DNA of 64,000 nt from Bacteroidota bacterium (GTDB taxonomy: Bacteria > Bacteroidota > Bacteroidia > Chitinophagales > Chitinophagaceae), in assembly GCA_031428775.1 (NCBI GenBank), contig JANOYH010000332.1, forward strand, positions 339 through 64,338, read 5' to 3'. Positions 50,581-60,900 of this stretch are shown here, one piece after another. The position numbers and the translations under genes are program-made. The notes beneath the pieces were generated by a model, which had not been told where the DNA came from, made no database searches, and saw nothing but the letters and a program-made list of their open reading frames with translations. Each line of letters begins with the position of its first letter. Within the stretch, counting starts at the first letter, position 1.

Positions 50581-51573
50581 TTATTTCGACGAATTATTCG
50601 CTATTGAAATAGATTTAAAATTAGGCGGTTGCAGTTCCCCAGATTGGGAAAAAGCGTAATCCAAGCGTCCCAGTTGAATTCCAGCCCAACCCACCTGATT
50701 TACTAGCACTTCTTTTTGCCTTTTATTGCTGTATTTACGGGGCTTTTCAAAAAACCTATGGGTATGTCCGCCTATAATTAAATCGATTTCTTCACTCTCT
50801 TTGGCCAAAATTTCGTCGCTTATTTTTTCCTCCTCGTACTTATCTCCCAAGTGAGAGAGGCAGATCACGAGATGACAACCTTTTTTTCTGAGAATTTTTG
50901 CCGTTCTATTGGCCACATCAATGGGGTCTTGATAAACCGTTTTGCCGTACAAATGCTCTGGCACCAAACCCGCCAATTCTATACCAATCCCAAACACCCC
51001 TACCGTCAATTTTCCTTTTTGAAAAATTTCATACTGCTTGGTTTTATTTTCTAATGGCGTTCCTGTAAAATCATAGTTGGCAATTAAGATGGGAAAATTG
51101 GCATGTGCTAATTGTTTTGCAATATTTTCAATACCCCCATCAAAATCGTGGTTGCCCAGTGTTGAAGCGTCATAACCCATCAAACTCATCGACTTAATTT
51201 CCGGCTCCCCCAAATACATATTAAAGTAAGGCGTGCCTTGAAATAGGTCGCCCGCATCCAAAACCAGCACCTGTTCGTTTTCCTTTCTGATACTATTAAT
51301 CAATGCCGCCCTTGCCGCTACTCCACCCATCCCTTGGTTCCTACTGCCATCCATAGGAAATGGTTCCAACCTACTATGCACATCATTGGTATGTAATATG
51401 GTTATCCGCTCACCCGCAACTGATGATTTTACTTTATAGGGCAAAATCGATGCGTCACTTATGGCGGCATTTGACAAATTCGGCAAATTGGTCAATATGC
51501 TTGCAGTGGCCAAAGTGCCAAGACCAGCCTTCATTCCTTTCTTTATAAACTTTCTTCTATTAAGTTGCTTCAT
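50581..51573 (-). CDS. 5'-nucleotidase catalytic (metallophosphoesterase) subunit with Tat-like signal
   Basis: RRKFIK twin-arginine motif; LHTNDVHS, LDAGD, TLGNHDFD, LSHLG, IIGGHTH. Confidence 0.92.
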   Translation of the reverse strand: MKQLNRRKFIKKGMKAGLGTLATASILTNLPNLSNAAISDASILPYKVKSSVAGERITILHTNDVHSRLEPFPMDGSRNQGMGGVAARAALINSIRKENEQVLVLDAGDLFQGTPYFNMYLGEPEIKSMSLMGYDASTLGNHDFDGGIENIAKQLAHANFPILIANYDFTGTPLENKTKQYEIFQKGKLTVGVFGIGIELAGLVPEHLYGKTVYQDPIDVANRTAKILRKKGCHLVICLSHLGDKYEEEKISDEILAKESEEIDLIIGGHTHRFFEKPRKYSNKRQKEVLVNQVGWAGIQLGRLDYAFSQSGELQPPNFKSISIANNSSK

Positions 51574-51580
51574 AAATCAT

Positions 51581-52333
51581 CTATTCATTAGCAAGACTTA
51601 CCCTCTTCTCAATAATTGCATCAATTGTCTTTCCTTTTGTGGTACGCTCAGTTATCACGGTAATTATAGCATCGCGTAGCAATACCCCTCTATTTTTCTG
51701 CGGAATCACTTTTAGAAAACTACAACCACTTCCCCCATTGGCCACATAATCTGAATTGGCTACCGTATAGCTGGCTTCCAATTCCAATGCCTTACCATTC
51801 ACTTTGATGTTGATGGCTTTTTTGTCTTTAATCTGCATTTGTATTCCTGCAACAGGCCACCCACCTTCCATGGCGGCCACGTCTACCAATTGCTTTAATA
51901 CCTTTCCACTCATTACCTGTAACACCACTAAATTGTCGAATGGCATCAGCTCATAAACAGATCCTATTGTAATGTTTCCTTTTTGAAAATTGCTTCGCAC
52001 CCCAAAATAATTGACAAAAGCCGCGTCTACTTTTTCTTGAAACAATTGCTCCGCCTGTATTTTCATGGCGTCTACCATAAAATTTCCCATGGTAGATTCT
52101 GGCTGCTTTTTAAATAACCCACTCACTGAAACACCAATCACTTGATCCATTTGCAATTGCATTTTATTCTTATAGGGCTCCAAAAATCGAACCATTGCCG
52201 AATCTACTGGTGCATTTTTGCTGATTTGATAATCCAAATACTGAACCTCCGTTGTATGCAGTTTGGGAGAACAGGCTACCAACAGGAAAAAAATCCCTAA
52301 AAAAGCTTGTTTTAGTGCAAATCTCATGAACAC
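51581..52333 (-). CDS. 5'-nucleotidase C-terminal (substrate-binding) subunit, lipoprotein
   Basis: Lipobox LVAC; ESTMGNFMVDA, VNYFGVR, LMPFDN, YTVANSDYVANGG. Confidence 0.9.
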   Translation of the reverse strand: MFMRFALKQAFLGIFFLLVACSPKLHTTEVQYLDYQISKNAPVDSAMVRFLEPYKNKMQLQMDQVIGVSVSGLFKKQPESTMGNFMVDAMKIQAEQLFQEKVDAAFVNYFGVRSNFQKGNITIGSVYELMPFDNLVVLQVMSGKVLKQLVDVAAMEGGWPVAGIQMQIKDKKAINIKVNGKALELEASYTVANSDYVANGGSGCSFLKVIPQKNRGVLLRDAIITVITERTTKGKTIDAIIEKRVSLANE

Positions 52334-52401
52334 TGAATTACTTGTTGAAAGATACAGCCTTTACAAATAGGGTGTAACAAAAAAATAGGCGATTTAATCC
52401 T

Positions 52402-52409
52402 TAGATTTG
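52402..52409 (+). promoter_or_regulatory. Bacteroidota -7 promoter element
   Basis: TAGATTTG(C), 18 bp before ATG 52428. Confidence 0.55.
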
Positions 52410-52427
52410 CCCTTAAAATATTCAGAC

Positions 52428-52811
52428 ATGTCTTACGAGATAACAGGAAAATTAGTGGCCCGATTTGATATCGTGCAAAGGACCGAAACATTTAAAACCA
52501 GAGAATTTGTCATTGAAAAATCAGAAGATATCAATGGCCGCACCATTACCAATTATGTAAAGTTCCAATGCGTTCAAGACAAGACCGCCATGGTTGACAG
52601 GTATAATATTGGCGATGAAGTCAAAGTTCAGTTCAATATCAAAGGCACCAAATGGATGAAAGAAGGTCGCGAAAACTATATCACCAACCTCGACGCTTGG
52701 AGAATGGAAGTTACCAGTATTGCCACTAGCGCAGATACAAAAGACACCGGCGCCTATCACGATACGCCTCCAGCAGCTGCAGGCGAAGCAATAGACGACC
52801 TTCCTTTCTAA
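52428..52811 (+). CDS. DUF3127 protein (predicted OB fold, SSB-like C-terminal tip)
   Basis: EITGKL, FKTREFVI, VKFQCVQDK, VKVQFNIKG.KW, LDAWR; ends ...IDDLPF. Confidence 0.85.
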   Translation: MSYEITGKLVARFDIVQRTETFKTREFVIEKSEDINGRTITNYVKFQCVQDKTAMVDRYNIGDEVKVQFNIKGTKWMKEGRENYITNLDAWRMEVTSIATSADTKDTGAYHDTPPAAAGEAIDDLPF

Positions 52812-52851
52812 ACAAATATTACCACACTTTTTAGGATAAACACCTAACAGT

Positions 52852-54450
52852 ATGCAAAAAGAAATTGCTTTAAAACTTAAGCCTGCCGAGGCATTGGATG
52901 ATACTATTATCAAAACCTATCTATCCAATGCTTTGGCAATTTCACCCTCCGCTATCAGTGGCTTTTATCGTACCAAACAATCTATCGACGCCCGAAGCAG
53001 GAGTCAGGTTTGGATTAACTTGGTGGTCCAAGCGTTTATTGATGAACCCTTTGTACAAAGACCCTTCACCCCCATTTCTTTTCCCAACGTTCAACACGCT
53101 AAAAAGAAAGTAGTCGTCATTGGAGCGGGACCAGCCGGACTCTTTGCCGCACTCCAACTCATTGAACTGGGCATTCAACCCATCATACTCGAAAGGGGTA
53201 AAGACGTTCGTGCACGCAGAAGAGACCTCGCAGCTATGAATAAGCAAGGAGTGGTGAATACTGAGAGTAATTACTGCTTTGGCGAAGGTGGCGCAGGTAC
53301 TTATAGCGATGGAAAATTGTACACTAGAAGCAGCAAACGCGGTGACATCAATCGCATCCTACAACTATTACACCAATTTGGGGCCGATGAAAACGTGTTG
53401 TACGAAGCGCATCCACATATTGGCACCAACAAATTACCGCAAATCATTACGGCTATTCGAGAACAGATTTTGGATTCGGGCGGACAATTCCTTTTTGAAA
53501 AAAAACTCACCAAACTCATCCTTGATAAAGGTTTGATCAGCGCAGTGGAAACTGCAGATGGGGATCGTTTTGTTGGAAACGCATTTATACTTGCCACAGG
53601 CCATTCTGCACGTGATGTTTTTGAATTGCTACACCATCAACAAATATTGATTGAAAGCAAACCTTTTGCACTTGGTGTTAGAATTGAACACCCACAATTG
53701 TTGATCGACCAAATTCAATACCATTGCAGTACCCGAGATCAACACTTACCTCCTGCTAGTTACGGACTGGTTGAACAAGTTCAGGAAAGAGGGGTCTTTA
53801 GTTTTTGTATGTGCCCCGGTGGAATCATAGCCCCCGCAGCTACCAATAAAAATGAAATAGTAGTCAACGGTTGGAGCCCAAGCAAACGCAACAATCCCTT
53901 TGCAAACAGTGGCATGGTAGTTCAAGTGGCTGTAGCCGATGCCATTCGGTATTTTAAAAAAAATCCTATCCCTGAACTTGCAACTGAAACAGACCTAGAA
54001 AAAAATCCATTACTTCTCATGCACTTTCAAGCTGCCATTGAAAAAGCTTGTTTTATAGCGGGTGGAGGAAACCTTGTTGCGCCAGCTCAAAGGATGCATG
54101 ATTTTGTACTAAATAAAACATCTAGTAGCTTACCTGAAAATAGTTATTTGCCTGGCATTGAATCCTGCAACCTCGCTTCAGTGCTACCCCCATTTATTTT
54201 CCAAAGTTTGCAAGGTGGCTTCAAAGCTTTTGGTAAAAAAATGCCCGGCTATCTTACTAATGATGCCGTAGTGGTGGCTACAGAAAGCAGAACCTCTTCT
54301 CCTGTTCGCATCCCTAGAAACGCTGAAACCCTTGCTCACCATCAATTTTCCAACCTTTATCCCTGTGGGGAAGGCGCTGGATATGCCGGCGGAATTGTTA
54401 GTGCAGCAATGGACGGAGAAAAAATTGCTAGGATTATTTTCAATAAATAA
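52852..54450 (+). CDS. Uncharacterised FAD/NAD(P)-dependent dehydrogenase (COG2509-like)
   Basis: IGAGPAGLFAA, FGEGGAGTYSDGKL, PHIGT, LATGHSARD, GVRIEHPQ, FCMCPGG, ESRTSSPVRI, GEGAGYAGGIVSAA. Confidence 0.9.
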   Translation: MQKEIALKLKPAEALDDTIIKTYLSNALAISPSAISGFYRTKQSIDARSRSQVWINLVVQAFIDEPFVQRPFTPISFPNVQHAKKKVVVIGAGPAGLFAALQLIELGIQPIILERGKDVRARRRDLAAMNKQGVVNTESNYCFGEGGAGTYSDGKLYTRSSKRGDINRILQLLHQFGADENVLYEAHPHIGTNKLPQIITAIREQILDSGGQFLFEKKLTKLILDKGLISAVETADGDRFVGNAFILATGHSARDVFELLHHQQILIESKPFALGVRIEHPQLLIDQIQYHCSTRDQHLPPASYGLVEQVQERGVFSFCMCPGGIIAPAATNKNEIVVNGWSPSKRNNPFANSGMVVQVAVADAIRYFKKNPIPELATETDLEKNPLLLMHFQAAIEKACFIAGGGNLVAPAQRMHDFVLNKTSSSLPENSYLPGIESCNLASVLPPFIFQSLQGGFKAFGKKMPGYLTNDAVVVATESRTSSPVRIPRNAETLAHHQFSNLYPCGEGAGYAGGIVSAAMDGEKIARIIFNK

Positions 54451-54515
54451 TTACACTCAATTCATTGACCTTCTTCCATTAATATTCAGTATTATATAGG
54501 AAAGAATGTTTTGAC

Positions 54516-55529
54516 TTATTGATTGCCATTCTCAGTGGAAGGCAGCACCTGTTTCGAAATCAATAATTTCTGCGTAATCAATTCATTTTTCTTGAACAGT
54601 TTTGCTTCCTTATTTAATTCCACTTTTATTGCCTTTTCATCGCCCTTTAATAATGAACTCAAATCAGGCTTGCCCGCATCTACCCAAGCAGTATAATAGA
54701 AGTCGGCTATTAAATTAGCGGAATAAATCAATTGGTCATTAATGCTTGATTGTAATGCCACCGCATAAGCTTTTGCAAATTCACTGGTATAAGATTTGGA
54801 TTCTTTGCCCCTGCGCATTTGTACTCGAAATTTTTGTGCATCGGTAAATTGAAGACTCACCGAACGCTCTTTCTCTAACATCTCAGGCACCAACACAGCT
54901 GCCCTTCTTACCGCTTGCCATATGGCCTGCTCAGGATGTTTTAGGTAACTTGCTTTATGACTTGAATACAATTGATAATTGCCTATTTCAATTTCTGGAA
55001 TCATCGATTCCCATAAACTATGTAGCCCTTTTTGATTGGTTAATTGTCCGTCGTAATTAAGGGTAGTATGTAAAGGCACATTTGCATCTCCAATATAATG
55101 CCCCATATCCGCAGCAAAAAATAAAATGCTATCCTTATTCTTTTGCTTGAAAGCAGCAGTCAATCGCTCTTTCATAACAATCACTTGATACGGTACATAG
55201 CCATATTTAAACAAACTGTCTTTGGTATATTTCTGTACAGCAGCATTCCAATTTAATGGCATAGTATGCGCCGCGTCTTCACCATAGGCTTCTAAGTCAA
55301 TAAAATGTTTGGGCGCTTCGGTGCTGTCTGTATTTCTGCGAATGTCGGCTCTAGGAGCATCATACACCAAAGACTCCTTGTTTTGATAAAAGAACAATCG
55401 CATGCCATTAGGCAATTCATAAATGGCTAATTGCTGTATGGTTTTATGTACTAAAAAACCCCAACTACTCAAGCTTACAAATAATACAGCTAAAACTATT
55501 GCTACATAGGCTTTTCGAAAAGAATTCAT
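54516..55529 (-). CDS. S1/P1 nuclease / zinc-dependent phospholipase C family, exported
   Basis: Signal then WGFLVH, HFIDLE, HYIGDANVPLH, LHSLWE zinc-ligand pattern. Confidence 0.85.
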   Translation of the reverse strand: MNSFRKAYVAIVLAVLFVSLSSWGFLVHKTIQQLAIYELPNGMRLFFYQNKESLVYDAPRADIRRNTDSTEAPKHFIDLEAYGEDAAHTMPLNWNAAVQKYTKDSLFKYGYVPYQVIVMKERLTAAFKQKNKDSILFFAADMGHYIGDANVPLHTTLNYDGQLTNQKGLHSLWESMIPEIEIGNYQLYSSHKASYLKHPEQAIWQAVRRAAVLVPEMLEKERSVSLQFTDAQKFRVQMRRGKESKSYTSEFAKAYAVALQSSINDQLIYSANLIADFYYTAWVDAGKPDLSSLLKGDEKAIKVELNKEAKLFKKNELITQKLLISKQVLPSTENGNQ

Positions 55530-55670
55530 TGGGATGTCTTTTTATACTGCGTAAAACTAAAGCAATAACTATTTCAACTTTGTAATATTTCTACCAACGG
55601 TACTACTAATCAGGAGAATATGTTTAATTTGAACCAATAATTAGCCCCTTACATTTCCAAAATAACCCTT

Positions 55671-56609
55671 ATGAATAATATCCTTGAATTGCATCATTTA
55701 AAAAAATATTATGCTACCCAAAAAGCAGTAGACGATATTAGCTTTTCTATTGAAAAAGGCAGCATTTTCGGACTATTAGGACCCAACGGTGCAGGTAAAA
55801 CTACCTTACTTAGAATGATCACTGGCATCTTCTATCCAGACAGCGGTCAGATCATGCTCGACGGGCAAGCATTTGACCCAGTAAATGATATTATCAAGAT
55901 TGGTTATATGCCTGAGGAAAGGGGGCTCTACAAAAAAATGAAAATCGGTGAACAAGCCCTTTATCTCGCCCAATTGAAGGGTCTCAGTAAAACAGAAGCG
56001 ATGGAAAAAATCAAATTCTGGTTTAAGCGATTGGAAATGGAAAGCTGGTGGAATAAAAAAGTAGAGGACCTTAGTAAAGGCATGAGCCAGAAATTACAAT
56101 TTGTAATTACCGTTTTGCATGAACCCAAACTCATCATCTTAGACGAACCTTTCAGTGGACTAGATCCAGTCAATGCCAACCTCATCAAAGACGAAATTTA
56201 TGGCCTAGCACAACGCGGCTGTACGGTTATATTTAGTACACATAGAATGGAACAAGTGGAAGAAATATGTGACCATATAGTGTTGGTAAACCTCGGACAA
56301 AAAATACTAGACGGCACAGTGGCTGATATCAAGCAACAATTCAAAGAAAATAAATTCCGTATTCAGCTGCAAGAAGTTCCTGAAAAATTAATAGCCGATT
56401 CCTTTGAAACGGTTAATCAGAAAGCAAATGAACTTACGGTTAAAATTAATGAAGGATATAGGAGTAATGATGTGTTGCAATTTTTAATACAGCAAAACTT
56501 CACCATTGAAGCCTTCAATGAAGTGCTGCCTTCACTAAACGACATATTTATCAACTTAGTTGAAGACACCCATAGTACTACTCGCGCTTTCCAAAACATT
56601 AACGACTAA
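55671..56609 (+). CDS. ABC exporter ATP-binding protein (NatA/YhaQ-like)
   Basis: GPNGAGKTT, LSKGMSQK, LDEPFSGLD, STH. Confidence 0.95.
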   Translation: MNNILELHHLKKYYATQKAVDDISFSIEKGSIFGLLGPNGAGKTTLLRMITGIFYPDSGQIMLDGQAFDPVNDIIKIGYMPEERGLYKKMKIGEQALYLAQLKGLSKTEAMEKIKFWFKRLEMESWWNKKVEDLSKGMSQKLQFVITVLHEPKLIILDEPFSGLDPVNANLIKDEIYGLAQRGCTVIFSTHRMEQVEEICDHIVLVNLGQKILDGTVADIKQQFKENKFRIQLQEVPEKLIADSFETVNQKANELTVKINEGYRSNDVLQFLIQQNFTIEAFNEVLPSLNDIFINLVEDTHSTTRAFQNIND

Positions 56610-56620
56610 TTCAACCCTAC

Positions 56621-57946
56621 ATGAACAAGATATATTTAGTAGCCAAACGTGAATTCTTAACACGCGTACAGAAAAAAACTTTTCTACTTACCACCATTGG
56701 CTTACCCATTATTATTTTTGCATTCTATGCATTGATCATTTATTTCTCGGTGAAAACAACCGACAATTATCGAGTGGCGGTTTCAGACAATGCAGCCATT
56801 TTCAACAATAATATAGAATCAAAAGACGGGGAAGTAATTTTTGAATTTGTACAAGAAGATACCGTCGGACTAAAAACCCTAATAGAACAGAAAAAATACG
56901 AAGCCTATTTATACGTTCCAAAATCTTTTACCATAAGTGGCAAGGACTCTTTACTGTTTAGGTCAGAAAAGTCGGTCGGCTTAATGACTCGTGAAAAAAT
57001 TCAACGTCGCATTAATAAGGCGTTGGACGAAAAACGTTACAGTCAATTTAATATTACCAAAGCGCAGCTAGACAGTATCAACAACGAGAAAGACTATATC
57101 CAATTTTCTACAGCTGGTGGTAAAACAGAGAACAATTCTAAAGTAGGCGTGAGCTATGCTGTGGGTATGATCTCTGGATTTTTAATTTATATCATACTCT
57201 TTATTTATGGCACTATGGTGATGCGCGGTGTGATGGAAGAAAAAGTTAGTAGAATTGCGGAAGTAATTATCAGTAGTGTGAAACCCTTCCAACTCATGAT
57301 GGGTAAGATCACAGGTATTGGTGCAGTAGGTTTGGTTCAATTCCTTATCTGGATCATTCTTGTGTTTGGAATTCAGTTTGCCATTGCAATTATTTTCCCC
57401 TCGCTTACAGAACAAATGCAGGGTCAACCCATACAACCTGCTGGCATGCAAGCTGCTCAGGCCATGAAAAGTGGTGGTGCCATGAGCGGACTCACCAACG
57501 CACTCTCCACCATCAATTTCCCCATGATACTTGGATGCTTTCTATTTTATTTCTTGGGCGGCTACTTATTATATTCTTCCTTGTTTGCAGCAGTGGGAAG
57601 TGCTGTTAACGAAGATCCACAAGACGCTCAGAGCTTAATGTTACCGATCATCATGCCCATCATTTTTGCCATTGTCATTATGACCAAAGCAGTAAATGAT
57701 CCCAATAGTAGCCTTGCCATCTTTGGCAGCATGTTCCCGCTTACATCACCCATAGTAATGATGGCTAGGGTAGCACACGGAATACCCGATGGCGTTACTT
57801 ATTTGCAACTTGGCTTGAGTATGCTTTTATTAATACTCGGATTTTTAGGGACTACTTGGGTAGCTGCAAAAATTTATAGAACTAGTATTTTAATGTATGG
57901 CAAAAAGATTACTTGGAAAGAGATGTGGAAGTGGGCGGTTAAGTAG
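56621..57946 (+). CDS. ABC-2 type permease (NatB/YhaP-like)
   Basis: One N-terminal TM, large loop, VMEEKVSRIAEVIISSVKPFQLMMGKI, several C-terminal TMs. Confidence 0.92.
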   Translation: MNKIYLVAKREFLTRVQKKTFLLTTIGLPIIIFAFYALIIYFSVKTTDNYRVAVSDNAAIFNNNIESKDGEVIFEFVQEDTVGLKTLIEQKKYEAYLYVPKSFTISGKDSLLFRSEKSVGLMTREKIQRRINKALDEKRYSQFNITKAQLDSINNEKDYIQFSTAGGKTENNSKVGVSYAVGMISGFLIYIILFIYGTMVMRGVMEEKVSRIAEVIISSVKPFQLMMGKITGIGAVGLVQFLIWIILVFGIQFAIAIIFPSLTEQMQGQPIQPAGMQAAQAMKSGGAMSGLTNALSTINFPMILGCFLFYFLGGYLLYSSLFAAVGSAVNEDPQDAQSLMLPIIMPIIFAIVIMTKAVNDPNSSLAIFGSMFPLTSPIVMMARVAHGIPDGVTYLQLGLSMLLLILGFLGTTWVAAKIYRTSILMYGKKITWKEMWKWAVK

Positions 57947-57957
57947 CGTTAATTTTT

Positions 57958-60900
57958 TTATTGAGCTAGTGAGATGCGCACATTTACCCCGGCACGTGTA
58001 TTAGTGATGGGTGATGATGTGGAGATATACGGTATTACTTTGCGTTGGTCGAAGAAGAATTTGATGTTGATGCGATTATTAATTACATAGTCAATCGCTG
58101 GCTGTATCACTATCTCTTTTTGTCCGCCTGTACCATAAGCACTTGTTTGGTCTAACCTACTATTACTCATGGCTACGTCTCTAACAGATAGGTCGAGTTT
58201 GAAGTTCAAATCATTGTTCAATTTCTTGGCCTTCATGCCCGGCAATTTGAAAGGCAGGTTTACACCACGCTTGCGGAAGCTTCCTCCAAAAGTCCATTCG
58301 GTACTCCTTGTTTCACTCAACTGATAATCAATTAAGCTCATACTCAATGTTCTGCTCTTTCTGTATTCAAACTTCAGGTTCACTTTATTATTAGTGGTTA
58401 CTTCAATTCCAAACAAAGGAGCAAACTGTTCTTCCATAGTAATATTCGGCACCAAGAAATAAGGAATAAAATTACCACTCACCGTATCAATAAATGAAGG
58501 CGCACCCAATCTAAATGGATCACGATACAATAATGCACTCGTATAACTATTCATACTCAAAGTACCTTTGTATCCATGCGTTATTGTGATGGCACTAAAT
58601 ACAGCTGCCACACTTGGTAACTTGGTTAATCCAGTATAGGTCATCCTCCAGTTAGGTCTTGGCAAAATACCGCTAAATGGATTGGAGCTGATATTGGCAT
58701 TCGATTGTTTGATGAGGCCCACAGAATTAGGATCCTTACCAGAATATGCCGCAATAAATGCTGGTACCAATACATCTTGCGAATACCTACCATAACCTTT
58801 GGCGTATCCATCGGCGGTGAATTTTTGTCCCGGCGGCAATGCCAACCAATAGGGGTTTTCATTGGCCACCCGCTTTGAAATGATCAACCTATTCGCTTCA
58901 AATGTTTGGAATGTTTCCGATACCTCATTCGGATTTTGTTTGCCAAACAACGTATTTATGGCAATATAGGAAACGCTGAAACCTCCAGCAGACAATGGAT
59001 TCAAGTGCTCTGGCCTTCCCGCACCCAACGTGTCTTTAAATAATTCCGAATATTCTTTGGTGAATGATTTATCTAAGTTGATATCAATCACCAACTCTCT
59101 AATCGGTTCAATTTGTGCCGTTATACCAAATCGTTGTTCAAAATTCTGACGCGTTAAATAGTTGAAATTACTGTCTTTAGATATTAAACCCTGACTGGCT
59201 TTTTGATTCAACCAATTGGTATCCGGTTGCTTACCAAAAATATAATCTAACCCTGGCTCCATGCTCTTCCAGTTTTGTCCAATTATTTTTGAACTATCCA
59301 TATAACCAGGCACTCTACTCCTATAATTAGCAGAATAATTTAACTGCACCGTTTTTACCATGGTCACTACTTTACCTAATCCTCTAGAAAACCCACTCAA
59401 CTCCATCGGTTGATTTGCTTTAGCCAATCGAATTGCCGTACGTTCATCTTTTTTCTGCTGACGCCATTTATGCAGTGCATCTTTTCTCAGTTTACCAGTT
59501 AGTCCTTTCAATGCCTCTTCTTTAGTTGGAATGGCAAAACCTAATGCATTGTTGTTAGGAGAATTTTTTACATCAGTACCATTGAGCAAATTGCTTTTGC
59601 CTTTCTTCGATTTCTTGTCCACATTTGCCGTGCTCGTCTGCTGTTTAGGCATTGGTATATTGTCGATAGATCTTAACCACTTCGACTTAGCATAGAGGTT
59701 GGTAAAATTAAATTGGGTATTGAAATTATTCTCCTGACTATTCTCAATGGTGTTACCCAAACTCAAGGCAACCCTACTTGCGCCTATCCAATTATAAGTA
59801 GCTGCATAAGCATACCTTGCAGTAATCCAATCAGTGAAAGGAAGTTTACCCAAAGGAATATCCCAGTTTAAAGTAGCACGCTGTTGATAGAGGGTATTTC
59901 TTCCACCGCTCAAGAAATTATTTCTGACACTATCTTTTTTCTCTTTGGTATCTAATCTTCCATAAGGCTCATCCACCCTTGAATTATTGGTAGCCGTGAA
60001 ATTGAAATTGAGTTTTCTGGTGATGTCCCATTGCGCATTATAGAATCTGTCGTATGCGAAATATTTATCGTAAGTAGTATCAACTCTTTCTACTTTGCTA
60101 TCATAGGAATTTACAATCCTTGGAATAAATTCTCCAAACTGCCTATTGATATCGGCACGGAAACTAAGTAACGACGGATTTAAATTGAAATTCAAATCTC
60201 TAATCAAACCCAACCAAGGTGATTTGCTTTTGATCTTAGTCCTCAATGGTTCAATAAACTTACTCTGTCCAATAAAGGTATAACCCAATCCACCCCTATG
60301 TCTGGTTACTTTGTTGTCTAGGATCACGGGACTTGTCTGCTCCATTTGTGTAAAGGAGTAACTGACGTCTAAATTGCTGAGCTTAAATAATCCCGCTTTA
60401 CCCGAAGGCGCTACACGTATATTAGTGAAGTTGAGTGTTTTAATAGTTGTTTCATCCAATGCAGCTGCCTTTATAGAATCTTTTTTGCTAGGATTTCTGC
60501 TAAGTTTCTCATTATATTTTACGTCTTTGTCAAATGGATCATACTCTGGAGTTCGGATCGTTTTACTAATACTTGCATAAACAGGAATACTCAATCGAGC
60601 AGCTTTAGGAAGTAGTTTTCCAGCATTAATATTTGCTGCTGCATCAAACTGTACCAAATTGTCTCTTGCACGTTCATTCACGCGTTGTTCAATAGTACCA
60701 AAACCTTGGGTATGTGTATTTGCCGAAACGGAAATTGTTCCTAAATCTGCCAACGCTAAATCAACCCTTCCCAACGCTGCCCATCCACCATTTTCATCCA
60801 GATCACTTAAACGCAATTCATTGATCCAGACTTCCGTATTTACAATCGGACCATCAATCTTATACGGATTTTCAACTGCAATCAAAAATCCACGAACCTC

